Sequence record: DRR723986_2326
Reading direction: 5' to 3' (one strand)
Length of the DNA: 59,595 nucleotides
The notes under the pieces are model-generated. The model did not search any database. It was not told the origin of the DNA and saw only the letters and a list, made by a program, of their open reading frames with translations. This document shows, piece after piece, positions 27,063-36,148 of the stretch (positions within the stretch are counted from its first letter, which is position 1; each line of letters opens with the position of its first letter). The translations under genes were made by a program, and so were the position numbers.

Positions 27063-28688
27063 ATGAAGCGGATTTGGCAGAAACATTACGGCGACATGAG
27101 CCCCGAAATCAGCTGGGAACAGGACGGATCGGTGGCGGATCTGATCGAGCGGGCCGCCGAGAAATTTGCGGATCTGCCGGCGGTTGCCTGTTTTGGCACC
27201 ACGCTCAGCTATCGACAGGTCGAGCGGTTGTCGCGCAATTTCGCCGCCTATTTGCAGAATGGGCTGGGGTTGGGGCAGGGCGCGCGGGTGGCGATCATGT
27301 TGCCCAACATCATCCCGTTTCACGTCGCCAGCTTTGGCATGATCCGCGCCGGGATGGTGCAGGTGAATGTCAATCCGATGTATACTCCGCACGAGCTGGC
27401 GCATCAGCTCAACGACTCTGGGGCCGAAACCATCGTGGTGGCCAGCATGGTCAGCGCCACGCTGGGTGCGGTGTTGGATCAGACGCAGATCAAGACCGTG
27501 ATTACCGTTGATTTGGCGGATCTGACCGCCGCGCCGATCCCTGCGGCCCCGGTGCACGCGGCCATAACCGGCGCGATTGCTTTGACGGATGTGTTGGCAC
27601 AGGGCGCGGAACTGGCGTTTGAACGCCCCGAAATTGCGCAGGACGATCTGATTTTCCTGCAATACACCGGCGGCACCACGGGCCTGAGCAAAGGCGCGAT
27701 GTTGAGCCATGGCAATCTGGTCTCGAACGTTGCGGTCTATGATGCGCTGGCCGGGCCAATCACCGAAGAGGGCAGAGAAATCGTGATCACGCCGATCCCG
27801 ATGTATCATATCTTTGCTTTGATGGTGAATTGCCTGTGCTATTGGCGCTATGGCGCGCTGAATGTGTTGATCGCCGATCCGCGCGACATGGCGGGGTTTG
27901 TCAAAACCCTGAGCCAGTACAAGTTCACCGCCATGACCGGGGTCAACACGCTGTACAATGGGTTGCTGCATACGCCGGGGTTTGCGGAACTGGATTTCTC
28001 CTCGCTCAAGGTGTGCTGGGGCGGCGGCGCACCAATCCAAGAGGCAGTGTCGCACAAATGGCATGACATCACTGGGGGGCAAATCCGCGAAGGCTATGGG
28101 TTATCTGAAACCTCGCCCATCGTGTCGATGAATCTGGTGGCGCGTAACGCCTATACAGGCACCATTGGTATTCCGGTGCCCTCGACCGATATCTCGTTGC
28201 GGGACGAGAACGGGGTCGAGGTTAAAATCGGGGCCGAGGGCGAGCTGTGCGTGCGCGGTCCGCAAGTGATGCAGGGCTATTGGAACCGCCCCGATGCCAC
28301 TGCTGAGGTGATGACCGAGGATGGGTATTTCTGCACCGGCGATGTGGCCGTGGCAGATGCTGACGGGTTCTTTCGCATCGTGGACCGGAAAAAGGATATG
28401 ATCCTGGTGTCCGGTTTCAACGTCTACCCAAACGAGATCGAAGGCGCGGTTGCCCTGATCCCCGGCATTGTCGAATGTGCCTGTATCGGGGTGCCGGACG
28501 ACCATACTGGTGAGGCGGTCAAAGTCTTTGCCGTGCGCAATGATGACACGCTGACTGAGGCGATGGTGCGCAGCACCTGTCGCGAAACCCTGACGGGCTA
28601 CAAGGTTCCGGCAACGGTGGAATTCATAGACGAGCTACCGAAATCCAGCGTGGGCAAGATCCTGCGGCGCGCATTGCGACAGGTGTAG
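27063..28688 (+). CDS. Long-chain-fatty-acid-CoA ligase (FadD-like)
   Basis: QYTGGTTGLSKG, EGYGLSETSP, TGD, DRKKDMILVSGFNVYPNEIE and LPKSSVGKILRR motifs. Confidence 0.93.
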   Translation: MKRIWQKHYGDMSPEISWEQDGSVADLIERAAEKFADLPAVACFGTTLSYRQVERLSRNFAAYLQNGLGLGQGARVAIMLPNIIPFHVASFGMIRAGMVQVNVNPMYTPHELAHQLNDSGAETIVVASMVSATLGAVLDQTQIKTVITVDLADLTAAPIPAAPVHAAITGAIALTDVLAQGAELAFERPEIAQDDLIFLQYTGGTTGLSKGAMLSHGNLVSNVAVYDALAGPITEEGREIVITPIPMYHIFALMVNCLCYWRYGALNVLIADPRDMAGFVKTLSQYKFTAMTGVNTLYNGLLHTPGFAELDFSSLKVCWGGGAPIQEAVSHKWHDITGGQIREGYGLSETSPIVSMNLVARNAYTGTIGIPVPSTDISLRDENGVEVKIGAEGELCVRGPQVMQGYWNRPDATAEVMTEDGYFCTGDVAVADADGFFRIVDRKKDMILVSGFNVYPNEIEGAVALIPGIVECACIGVPDDHTGEAVKVFAVRNDDTLTEAMVRSTCRETLTGYKVPATVEFIDELPKSSVGKILRRALRQV

Positions 28689-28691
28689 GCG

Positions 28692-29585
28692 ATGCAGGCA
28701 GGATCCCCTCCGGTAATGGCATATGTGGTCATGGCATTGGGCGCGACGGGCCTGACGCTGGGCGATTTCTTTATCAAGAAGTCATCTCTGGCGGGGGTGT
28801 CGCTGCCGGCGTTGATGGTATTTTCATGGCCCTTTACCATCGCTGCTTTGCTGATGCTGGCACATCTAAAGGGCGGCATTCGCCATCATCTCTACCCCCG
28901 TGCCCCGGGGCGGCTGTTGATCCGGGCGGTTCTGTTGCTGGTGATGGCGACGTTGAACATCACCTCGTTGATGATGAACCCCTATGCCCAGCACGCGATG
29001 CTGTTTCAACTGTCGCCCGTGTTTGCCCTGCTGATCAGTGTTCTGGTGTTGAACGAGCGGCTGAGCGCGCATGTGATTGTTGTGTTGGTAACGTGTCTGG
29101 CGGGCACATGGTTGATCCTTGATCCGGGGTTTCAGGGGATCTCAGCCACGTTGTTGATCGCCGTGGCGGCGGCGCTGTCGAATGCGGTGACGAATACCTT
29201 TGTTGCGGTGAACCGCACCGCAGCCACGCCGCTTGGATTTACGTTTTGGGCGGTTAACGGTGTCTCATTGGTCATTGTTCCGTGGTGGCTGCTGGCGGAT
29301 CGGTCGGTTCCGGCTTTGGATGCGCAGATGTTCATTCAGCTGAGTGCCGGATTTGCTGTTTTGGGCATCATTCTGGCCAGTCTGGCCATGCAGTTGGCGC
29401 GTGGCAACATTGGACGGATCAGCATCATGCTCTATGTGCAGATGCCAGTGGCGTTAGGGCTTGGGTGGTTGGTGTTTGGGGAATACCCGCCACAATCGGC
29501 CATTCTGGGCGGGGTTTTGATCGCGTTGGCGGGGGCCTCGGTGCCGCTGATGGCAAGACGGCAACAGCAAAGGGCACGGACATGA
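28692..29585 (+). CDS. DMT/EamA family transporter
   Basis: About 10 TM segments; SPVF...LNER and VFGEYP repeats. Confidence 0.8.
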   Translation: MQAGSPPVMAYVVMALGATGLTLGDFFIKKSSLAGVSLPALMVFSWPFTIAALLMLAHLKGGIRHHLYPRAPGRLLIRAVLLLVMATLNITSLMMNPYAQHAMLFQLSPVFALLISVLVLNERLSAHVIVVLVTCLAGTWLILDPGFQGISATLLIAVAAALSNAVTNTFVAVNRTAATPLGFTFWAVNGVSLVIVPWWLLADRSVPALDAQMFIQLSAGFAVLGIILASLAMQLARGNIGRISIMLYVQMPVALGLGWLVFGEYPPQSAILGGVLIALAGASVPLMARRQQQRART

Positions 29586-30220
29586 GCAAAAGCGGATCAG
29601 ACGGATATCGCCCCAGCAAACAGGCCCGCAGTGTTCGGTCCGAACAGTTGCTGCTAGAGGCGGGCGAGGCGTTGTTTGCCGAACATGGGTATTACAACAC
29701 CAAGGTCACGGACATTATCGAACGCTCGGGGTGTTCGACGGGCACGTTTTACCATCGGTTTGCTGACAAAGAGGGGCTGGCCCGGGTGATGATCGGGCGG
29801 TTCATCGAAGAGGGCGACGCGGTCATCCAGGCGCTGGATCTGGATCGGGGCATTCACGGTGATCTGCCCACGATGCTGAGCTATCTGGCGGGCGGTTTGC
29901 AAGACAGCATGACGGACCGGTTGGGGGTCTATCGGGCCTCACAACGGCTTAACACGCTCGGGTCGGATCGGTCTGCGGATACGGGTGTGCTGGTGCCTCC
30001 GCTTGAGGCGCATGTGATGACGTATCTGGATCAATACCGCGATCAGATCACGGCCTCTGATCCGGCGACAGCCCTGCGCCATGCGCTGCAGTTGATCATC
30101 ATGGTCTCGTTGCAAACCCGGTTGGGGGCAGGGCGGCTGTTCCCGCGCGATAAGGCGGGTCTGACGCAGATGCTGGTACAGGCGGCAATGGGCCTGTTGC
30201 AACAAGGAGAAAGATCATGA
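29582..30220 (+). CDS. TetR/AcrR family regulator
   Basis: KQARS...LFAEHGY..TKVTDII..SGCSTGTFYHRFADKEGL HTH; ATGA overlaps at both ends. Confidence 0.92.
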   Translation: MSKSGSDGYRPSKQARSVRSEQLLLEAGEALFAEHGYYNTKVTDIIERSGCSTGTFYHRFADKEGLARVMIGRFIEEGDAVIQALDLDRGIHGDLPTMLSYLAGGLQDSMTDRLGVYRASQRLNTLGSDRSADTGVLVPPLEAHVMTYLDQYRDQITASDPATALRHALQLIIMVSLQTRLGAGRLFPRDKAGLTQMLVQAAMGLLQQGERS

Positions 30221-31866
30221 GCAAGATCACGGTGTTCACGGCCAAATGTATCCACACCATGACCGAGAGCGCGCCACAGGCCACGGCGGTTGCGGTGCGC
30301 GATGGTGTGATCCTTGAGGCGGGAACGCTGGACAGTCTTGCACCGTGGTTGGAGGCGCACCCCCATGAGGTGGACGAGCGGTTCGCCGACAAGGTGATCC
30401 TGCCGGGGTTCATTGACCCGCATCTGCATCCCTTTATCGGCGCGGTGTTGCTGCCGACACGGTTCATCACGGCGTTTGAGTGGGATTTGCCGGGGCAAAG
30501 TGGTGAGGCCACGCGCGGCCATTCAGAGTATTTGGCAGCGGTAAAACAGGCGGTCGCAGAGGACGATGGCGCGCAGCCCATCTTTGTCACGTGGGGGTAT
30601 CATCAGATCTGGCATGGTCAGGTGACACGGGCGCAATTGAATGCAATTTCTGCGACGCGCCCCATTCTGGTCTGGCATCGCTCGTTTCACGAGGTGATCC
30701 TGAACGACGCCGCGATTGCCCTTTTGAACATCGATGCCGATGTGATGGAGAGCCACCCTCAGATCGACGCGGCGGCGGGGCGGTTTTCGGAAACCGGCGC
30801 GATGGTGGCCATTGAGGGGGTGAAACCGATCCTGTTTTCGCCGACGTGGTTCGGTGCCGGGCTGGCGCAGTTGCACGAGGTATTGCACGCAGGGGGCCAT
30901 ACCACGGTCGCCGATATGGCTTGGGGCATGTTTGATTATGAGCTAGAATGGGCGGCCTATACCCATGCGATGGACTCGGTTGCGCCACCCTATCGGGTGA
31001 TGATGGTGCCGCGTGGCCTGCCAGACCCGGAACTGACCGGGTCACCCGATGCGGCCTTTGAGCGGGTTGATGCCCTGACGGATCGCGGCACGGATCGGTT
31101 GTTCTTTGACGGACATGTTAAATTTTTCACCGATGGCGCGTTCTTTTCTGAACTGATGCAGTTGGGCGATCCCGGCTACATTGACGGGCATCATGGCGAA
31201 TGGCTGACAGCCCCTGAACAGTTCGAGGCGATTGCGCGCCCCTATTGGAACGCGGGATACCGAATTCACGTGCATTGCACCGGGGATTTGGGGGTCGAGT
31301 TGGCGTTGGATGTGCTGGATAAGCTACAATTTGAACGCCCCCGTCTCGATCACCGGTTTACCATCGAGCATTTCGGCGTCTCGACCGAAGATCAGGTGCG
31401 TCGGATCAAGGCTTTGGGTGCGCTGGTGTCGGCCAATGTTTATTATCTGCACGAGTTGGGCGAGGCCTATTGGCGGGAATCCATTGGCCATGAGCGAGCC
31501 AGTCAGATGGCGCGGCTGGGGTCGTTGGCCCGTGCCGATGTGCCCTTTGCGTTGCATTCCGATTTCACCATGGCCCCGGCGCATCCGTTGACCAGTGTTT
31601 GGGTCGCGGTCAATCGCTTTGCTGAATCTGGCGCGGTGCTGGGTGAAAACGAACGGATTTCGGTCCATCAGGCGTTGAAAGCGATTACGATTGATGCGGC
31701 ATGGGTGTTGGGCCAAGAGGGGCAGATTGGCTCAATCCGGTCTGGGAAAAAGGCGGACTTTACCGTGTTGGATGAGGATCCGTACGAGGTTGACCCCGCC
31801 AAGCTCAAGGATATCCGCATTGATGCCACAGTGTTTGAAGGGGCGGTTCATCCGCGCCCGAAATGA
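30217..31866 (+). CDS. Metal-dependent amidohydrolase (YtcJ/NfdA-like, Amidohydro_3)
   Basis: PGFIDPHLH, KFFTDG, HVHCTGD, TIEH, HSD and GKKADF motifs. Confidence 0.9.
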   Translation: MSKITVFTAKCIHTMTESAPQATAVAVRDGVILEAGTLDSLAPWLEAHPHEVDERFADKVILPGFIDPHLHPFIGAVLLPTRFITAFEWDLPGQSGEATRGHSEYLAAVKQAVAEDDGAQPIFVTWGYHQIWHGQVTRAQLNAISATRPILVWHRSFHEVILNDAAIALLNIDADVMESHPQIDAAAGRFSETGAMVAIEGVKPILFSPTWFGAGLAQLHEVLHAGGHTTVADMAWGMFDYELEWAAYTHAMDSVAPPYRVMMVPRGLPDPELTGSPDAAFERVDALTDRGTDRLFFDGHVKFFTDGAFFSELMQLGDPGYIDGHHGEWLTAPEQFEAIARPYWNAGYRIHVHCTGDLGVELALDVLDKLQFERPRLDHRFTIEHFGVSTEDQVRRIKALGALVSANVYYLHELGEAYWRESIGHERASQMARLGSLARADVPFALHSDFTMAPAHPLTSVWVAVNRFAESGAVLGENERISVHQALKAITIDAAWVLGQEGQIGSIRSGKKADFTVLDEDPYEVDPAKLKDIRIDATVFEGAVHPRPK

Positions 31867-32675
31867 CCCTGCCTGTCTTGATCGTGGCGGGTTATTTGGG
31901 CGCCGGGAAAACCACACTGATCAATGATTTTCTCGCCGATCCCGGCGGGCGACGGACTGTGGTTCTGGTCAATGATTTTGGGGCCATCAACATCGACGCC
32001 GCACTGATTGAAACCGCTGAGGGCGATACCATTGCGCTGACCAATGGCTGTGCATGTTGTGTGATTGGCGATGATCTACTGGGCGCCGCCAAGCGCGCCG
32101 TCGCCACCGCGCCCGATCTGCTGATTGTTGAGGCCAGCGGCGTGTCTGATCCCGCGCGGCTGGCGCTGCTGATGCGCGGGGTGGCGGGGGTAGATCCGGC
32201 GCGCATCCTGACGGTGATCAATGGCGCAGCTGCGCGGCGCAACGGACAGGACAAATTCATCGGGCGGTTGTTTGGTGCGCAAATCGCAAGCGCTGACTGT
32301 GTGGCGGTGAACCGGGAAACGGTGCATTCCACTGGGGCGATCACACGGTTTGCCCCGGATGCTGTTCTGGTGAACTCGGTTGCGGGGGCCGTGCAGGGGG
32401 GAACACGCACTGACACGCCCGCAACGGTGGAGGCCCTGCCACAGTTCAAGAGCCGCATTCTGGATCACCCAAAACCCACCTCAGCGGAGGCTTTGCGGCG
32501 TTGGACTGCCAGGCTCCCTGCGGATGTGCATCGGGCAAAAGGCGTTGTGGACAGCCCCCAAGGTCTGTTGAAATTCGACTATTGTCAGGGCCAGACCATG
32601 GTGCAGGCCCTGCCATTTGCTCCGGGATATGATGTCGGCAAAATCGTCCTGATTGGTCCCGAAAGGACGACATAA
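31863..32675 (+). CDS. CobW/COG0523 family GTPase metallochaperone
   Basis: GYLGAGKTT, VNDFG, NGCACC (CxCC), EASG and RAKG motifs. Confidence 0.9.
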   Translation: MTLPVLIVAGYLGAGKTTLINDFLADPGGRRTVVLVNDFGAINIDAALIETAEGDTIALTNGCACCVIGDDLLGAAKRAVATAPDLLIVEASGVSDPARLALLMRGVAGVDPARILTVINGAAARRNGQDKFIGRLFGAQIASADCVAVNRETVHSTGAITRFAPDAVLVNSVAGAVQGGTRTDTPATVEALPQFKSRILDHPKPTSAEALRRWTARLPADVHRAKGVVDSPQGLLKFDYCQGQTMVQALPFAPGYDVGKIVLIGPERTT

Positions 32676-32869
32676 AGCAAAGGCAAAGTGTGACCCGAGC
32701 TTGGGGTTCTGGCCCCGTTTGAGGGCGCGGAAATCCATGTCAGGCGACGCGAGGTAATCAGTTTGCTGTGTTGATGCGGTTGCGCTGTTTGCCTATCCCT
32801 GTTGCCAATTGCTGCCAGCCCGGCCTGTTCTGCGCTGCGCTTATGACGTGAACTCAGAGGATCCTGAAC

Positions 32870-33634
32870 ATGACCGACAACATTCTCATCACGACCGAGG
32901 CGCGCGTCACCACCGTGACCATCGATCGCCAAGATAAAAAGAATGCCCTCACGCAGGCGATGTACGGTGCCATGGCCGATGCCATCGAAGAGTATGGCCA
33001 AACCGATACTGCCCGCGCGCTGATCCTGACCGGGGCGGGCGACATGTTCACCGCAGGCAATGACTTGCAGGATTTCTCGATCCAAGGAAATGGACAAAGC
33101 GAAGAGATGCCACCAGTGGGTCGGTTTCTGAATGCGATCCGGGACTGCCCTAAACCGTTGATCGCGGCCGTGAATGGGCCGGGGATCGGGATCGGTCTGA
33201 CCATGCTGCTGCATTGCGATCTGGTCTACGCAGGTCAAAGCGCCACGCTCGGCGCGCCGTTTGTCAAACTGGGGCTGGTGCCCGAGGCCGGGGCCTCGAT
33301 CCTGTTGCCCGCATCCGTGGGCATGGCGGTGGCCAACGATATTCTGTTGGCTGGTCGGACCCTGACCGCTGACGAAGCTCATAGCTACGGCTTGGTCGCG
33401 CGTGTCTTTGCGGATGCCGATCTGATGACAGAGGTTCAAGCCATTGCCCAGTCAGTTGCCCAATCTGCCCCAGTTGCATTACGCCGGTCCAAGGCATTGA
33501 TCCGTAATCAGCAGAGCCAGATTGCCGACCACATGGCAGCTGAAATTGGCGTGTTTGTAGAGCAGCTCAAATCCCCGGATTTTGCCGAAAGCGTTGCGGC
33601 GCTGATGCAGAAACGCGCGCCAAATTACGGCTGA
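32870..33634 (+). CDS. Enoyl-CoA hydratase/isomerase (crotonase family)
   Basis: KKNAL, FTAGNDL, GIGLTMLLHCD and GLVPEAGAS motifs. Confidence 0.92.
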   Translation: MTDNILITTEARVTTVTIDRQDKKNALTQAMYGAMADAIEEYGQTDTARALILTGAGDMFTAGNDLQDFSIQGNGQSEEMPPVGRFLNAIRDCPKPLIAAVNGPGIGIGLTMLLHCDLVYAGQSATLGAPFVKLGLVPEAGASILLPASVGMAVANDILLAGRTLTADEAHSYGLVARVFADADLMTEVQAIAQSVAQSAPVALRRSKALIRNQQSQIADHMAAEIGVFVEQLKSPDFAESVAALMQKRAPNYG

Positions 33635-33639
33635 CACAC

Positions 33640-33669
33640 TGTTGCTTACCGTCGCTAGGGTAAGCAACA
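33640..33669 (+). terminator. Stem-loop immediately after the crotonase gene
   Basis: Perfect 11-bp inverted repeat TGTTGCTTACC-N8-GGTAAGCAACA; no immediate U-tract. Confidence 0.55.
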
Positions 33670-33791
33670 CCTGCCCATTTTCTAAGCGCAGCGGGATGTA
33701 CCAGAGTGTTTTGTGTTCATCCCGTGCCTTAGCCCGTTCAACAGCCTGCAAAAGACTGTAGGTGCCTCGGGTTTGTTCCTATGCCAAGTGG

Positions 33792-34376
33792 GTGCATACA
33801 GATCTAAAAATTCTTGTTGTTGAGCCAGAGCCCACAAAAGCGCGCGAAATTGTCGGGGCGCTGATGATTGGGGGGTGGTCAGATGTGACTGTCATTTCCG
33901 ATTTCACCGCGCTGGTCCGGGCTTTGCAAAAGCACGAACCCGACATTGTTCTGATTGATCTGGCCGATCCTGATCGGGCCACGTTGGAGCACCTGAGCCT
34001 TGTGTCCAATGCCAAGGCGCGCCCCGTTGCAATGTTTGTGGATCACACCGACGCGGCCATGACCCAAGCAGCGATTTCATCCGGGCTAAGCGCCTATGTG
34101 GTGAATGGGTTGCAAATGAATCGGATCAAGCCCGTTCTTGAAACAGCGATCGCCCGTTTTGGGATGTATCGGAAAATGCAGTCCGAGTTGGAGACCGCAC
34201 AGCGGGCTTTGACAGATCGTAAAACAATCGATCGGGCCAAGGGCCTTTTGATGCGGGCCCGGCAGATCCCCGAAGAAGAGGCGTATGGGCTGCTGCGCAA
34301 AACCGCGATGAACCAAGGGCGCAAAGTTATTGATGTCGCGACCGCCCTTGTTACCTCGGCTGAGCTGCTGAAATGA
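33792..34376 (+). CDS. nasT: ANTAR-domain antiterminator NasT
   Basis: Receiver-like domain (PDIVLIDL, RPVAMFVD, GLSAYVV) plus ANTAR RKTIDRAKGLLM...EAY..LRKTAM; probable GTG start; upstream of the nas operon. Confidence 0.93.
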   Translation: MHTDLKILVVEPEPTKAREIVGALMIGGWSDVTVISDFTALVRALQKHEPDIVLIDLADPDRATLEHLSLVSNAKARPVAMFVDHTDAAMTQAAISSGLSAYVVNGLQMNRIKPVLETAIARFGMYRKMQSELETAQRALTDRKTIDRAKGLLMRARQIPEEEAYGLLRKTAMNQGRKVIDVATALVTSAELLK

Positions 34377-34530
34377 AGACGCCCCCGGTAGAAAGTGGGG
34401 ATCTCAGACAGGCATTCTGGGCTTTGCCATGAGAGTTGGCTCAACACAGGGTCAGATGGTTCTTGGCTCTTATGTCTTTCATGATGGCACAGTTTTTGAC
34501 TTTGGACCAAGGTCGCTGCCTAAGGATTAG
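34373..34530 (+). pseudogene. nasS: Relic of the nitrate sensor nasS (large internal deletion plus frameshift)
   Basis: ATG overlaps the nasT stop (ATGA) and gives MKTPPV... then a stop after 19 codons; a second frame encodes GILGFAMRVGSTQGQMVLGSYVFHDGTVFDFGPRSLPKD*, resembling the NasS C-terminus as recalled. Confidence 0.65.
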
Positions 34531-34533
34531 GCG
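34517..34533. promoter_or_regulatory. Putative NtrC-type binding site
   Basis: TGCCTAAGGATTAGGCG, i.e. CGCC-N9-GGC on the minus strand, with dyad GCCTAA/TTAGGC; upstream of the nas leader. Confidence 0.45.
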
Positions 34534-34616
34534 ATGTGCTGCAATGCAGCAAAAATGCTGCACCTGCACGCATCTCTTCATTGTCTACCGCCCTCGGTCA
34601 CGACACACTGAACCCA

Positions 34617-34679
34617 GGGCAAAGACGCCCGCCGAGACCGGCAAAGATGTTGGTCGATGAATAAAGAGCAAAGCCGCTC
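34617..34679 (+). promoter_or_regulatory. ANTAR-binding RNA leader with three hexaloop hairpins
   Basis: GGGC-AAAGAC-GCCC (34617-34630), GACCGGC-AAAGAT-GTTGGTC (34636-34655) and GAGC-AAAGCC-GCTC (34666-34679); every loop has A1 and G4 with a C-G closing pair. Confidence 0.88.
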
Positions 34680-34732
34680 GATTGTGCATGCCCCTCCTCC
34701 TGCGTGCAGCAATCGAGCGGCTTTTTGTTTTT
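34670..34732 (+). terminator. Intrinsic terminator / attenuator of the nas leader
   Basis: AAAGCCGCTCGATTG pairs with CAATCGAGCGGCTTT; upper stem TGCATGC/GCGTGCA; U-tract TTTTTGTTTTT; overlaps the third ANTAR hairpin. Confidence 0.88.
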
Positions 34733-34747
34733 CAGAAGGGTGAAGAG

Positions 34748-36115
34748 ATGAGTTTTATCAAATGGATCAGTGCGTCAGTTGCACTGTTCGCCAGCCCCGC
34801 CATGGCGGAGCTTTTAGATCTGGAAAAAGACGAGCTGAAATTTGGGTTTATCAAATTGACCGATATGGCTCCTTTGGCAATCGCCTATGAACAGGGCTAT
34901 TTCGAAGACGAAGGTCTGTTTGTGACGCTGGAATCCCAAGCCAACTGGAAGGTTCTGCTGGATGGCGTCATCGACGGGCAACTTGATGGCGCGCATATGC
35001 TGGCCGGGCAACCGCTGGCGGCAACCATTGGATATGGCACGCAGGCCCATATCATCACGCCCTTTTCGATGGATCTGAACGGCAACGGCATTACCGTGTC
35101 CAATGAGATTTGGGAGCAGATGCTGCCCCATGTGCCAAAGATGGCGGATGGTCGTCCGCAACACCCCATCAGTGCCAGTGCTTTGGCCCCTGTTGTTGAA
35201 TCCTACAAAGACGATGGTGTGTCGTTCAACATGGGTATGGTGTTTCCTGTCTCGACCCACAATTACGAATTGCGCTATTGGCTGGCAGCCGGCGGCCTGC
35301 AACCCGGGTATTATTCACCCGAAGACGTGAGCGGACAGATCGGCGCGGATGTGTTTTTGTCCGTCACGCCACCCCCACAAATGCCATCAACGATGGAGGC
35401 GGGGACAATCTTTGGCTATTGCGTTGGCGAACCTTGGAACCAGCAGGCGGTTTTCAAAGGCATCGGTGTGCCGGTGATTACGGATTACGATCTTTGGAAA
35501 AACAACCCTGAAAAGGTATTTGGCATCACTGCTGAGTTTGCTCAGGAGCACCCGAACACCACGATTGCCCTGACCAAAGCGTTGATCCGCGCGGCGATCT
35601 GGCTGGATGAAAACGACAACGCCAACCGTGGCGAGGCGGTCGAGATACTGGCGCGATCCGAATATGTCGGGGCCGATGCAGACGTCATTGCCAATTCAAT
35701 GACCGGCACCTTTGAGTATGAAAAAGGCGACGTGCGCCCCGCGCCTGATTTTAATGTGTTCTTCCGCCACTATGCGACGTACCCGTTTTATTCGGATGCC
35801 ATTTGGTACTTGAGCCAGATGCGCCGTTGGGGGCAGATCCCAGAGCAGAAAACGGATGCTTGGTTCAAAGAAACAGCAAAATCGGTTTATCGCCCTGACA
35901 TTTATCTGACCGCCGCGCGCAGCTTGGTTGACCAAGGTCTGGCGCAAGAAGCCGATTTCCCATGGGACAGCGATGGCTTCAAAGCGCCAACGCCTGCCGC
36001 TGATATCATCGACGGTATCCCCTATGACGGGCGCAATCCCAATGCCTATCTCGACAGTCTGCCGATCGGCTTGAAAGGTGGGCAAGTCATCGTGGGCTCA
36101 GACGTTCAAGGCTAA
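34748..36115 (+). CDS. nrtA: Nitrate ABC transporter substrate-binding protein (NrtA/CmpA family)
   Basis: [34 protein letters not shown] and YCVGEPWN motifs; signal peptide from ATG 34748. Confidence 0.93.
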   Translation: MSFIKWISASVALFASPAMAELLDLEKDELKFGFIKLTDMAPLAIAYEQGYFEDEGLFVTLESQANWKVLLDGVIDGQLDGAHMLAGQPLAATIGYGTQAHIITPFSMDLNGNGITVSNEIWEQMLPHVPKMADGRPQHPISASALAPVVESYKDDGVSFNMGMVFPVSTHNYELRYWLAAGGLQPGYYSPEDVSGQIGADVFLSVTPPPQMPSTMEAGTIFGYCVGEPWNQQAVFKGIGVPVITDYDLWKNNPEKVFGITAEFAQEHPNTTIALTKALIRAAIWLDENDNANRGEAVEILARSEYVGADADVIANSMTGTFEYEKGDVRPAPDFNVFFRHYATYPFYSDAIWYLSQMRRWGQIPEQKTDAWFKETAKSVYRPDIYLTAARSLVDQGLAQEADFPWDSDGFKAPTPAADIIDGIPYDGRNPNAYLDSLPIGLKGGQVIVGSDVQG

Positions 36116-36122
36116 TGGCGCC

Positions 36123-36148
36123 GTCCCCTGCGGTGCGCCGTTGGGGAC
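36123..36148 (+). other. Intercistronic stem-loop after nrtA, possibly stabilising the mRNA
   Basis: GTCCCC...CGG-TGCG-CCG...GGGGAC. Confidence 0.4.

Noticed and set aside
26973-28082. 369-aa minus-strand ORF
   Set aside because: Antisense shadow of the acyl-CoA ligase, with no recognisable motifs.
32585-33439. 284-aa minus-strand ORF
   Set aside because: Antisense shadow of the crotonase gene.
34485-34500. Sigma-54 promoter TGGCAC-N5-TTGAC
   Set aside because: The required -12 GC is GA, and the sequence is explained by relic codons (DGTVFD).
34436-34660. 74-aa ORF between nasT and nrtA
   Set aside because: It runs through the promoter dyads and ANTAR leader; the NasS-like residues are in a different frame.
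34682-34747. N-terminal extension of NrtA
   Set aside because: It coincides with the terminator hairpin; the signal peptide starts at ATG 34748.
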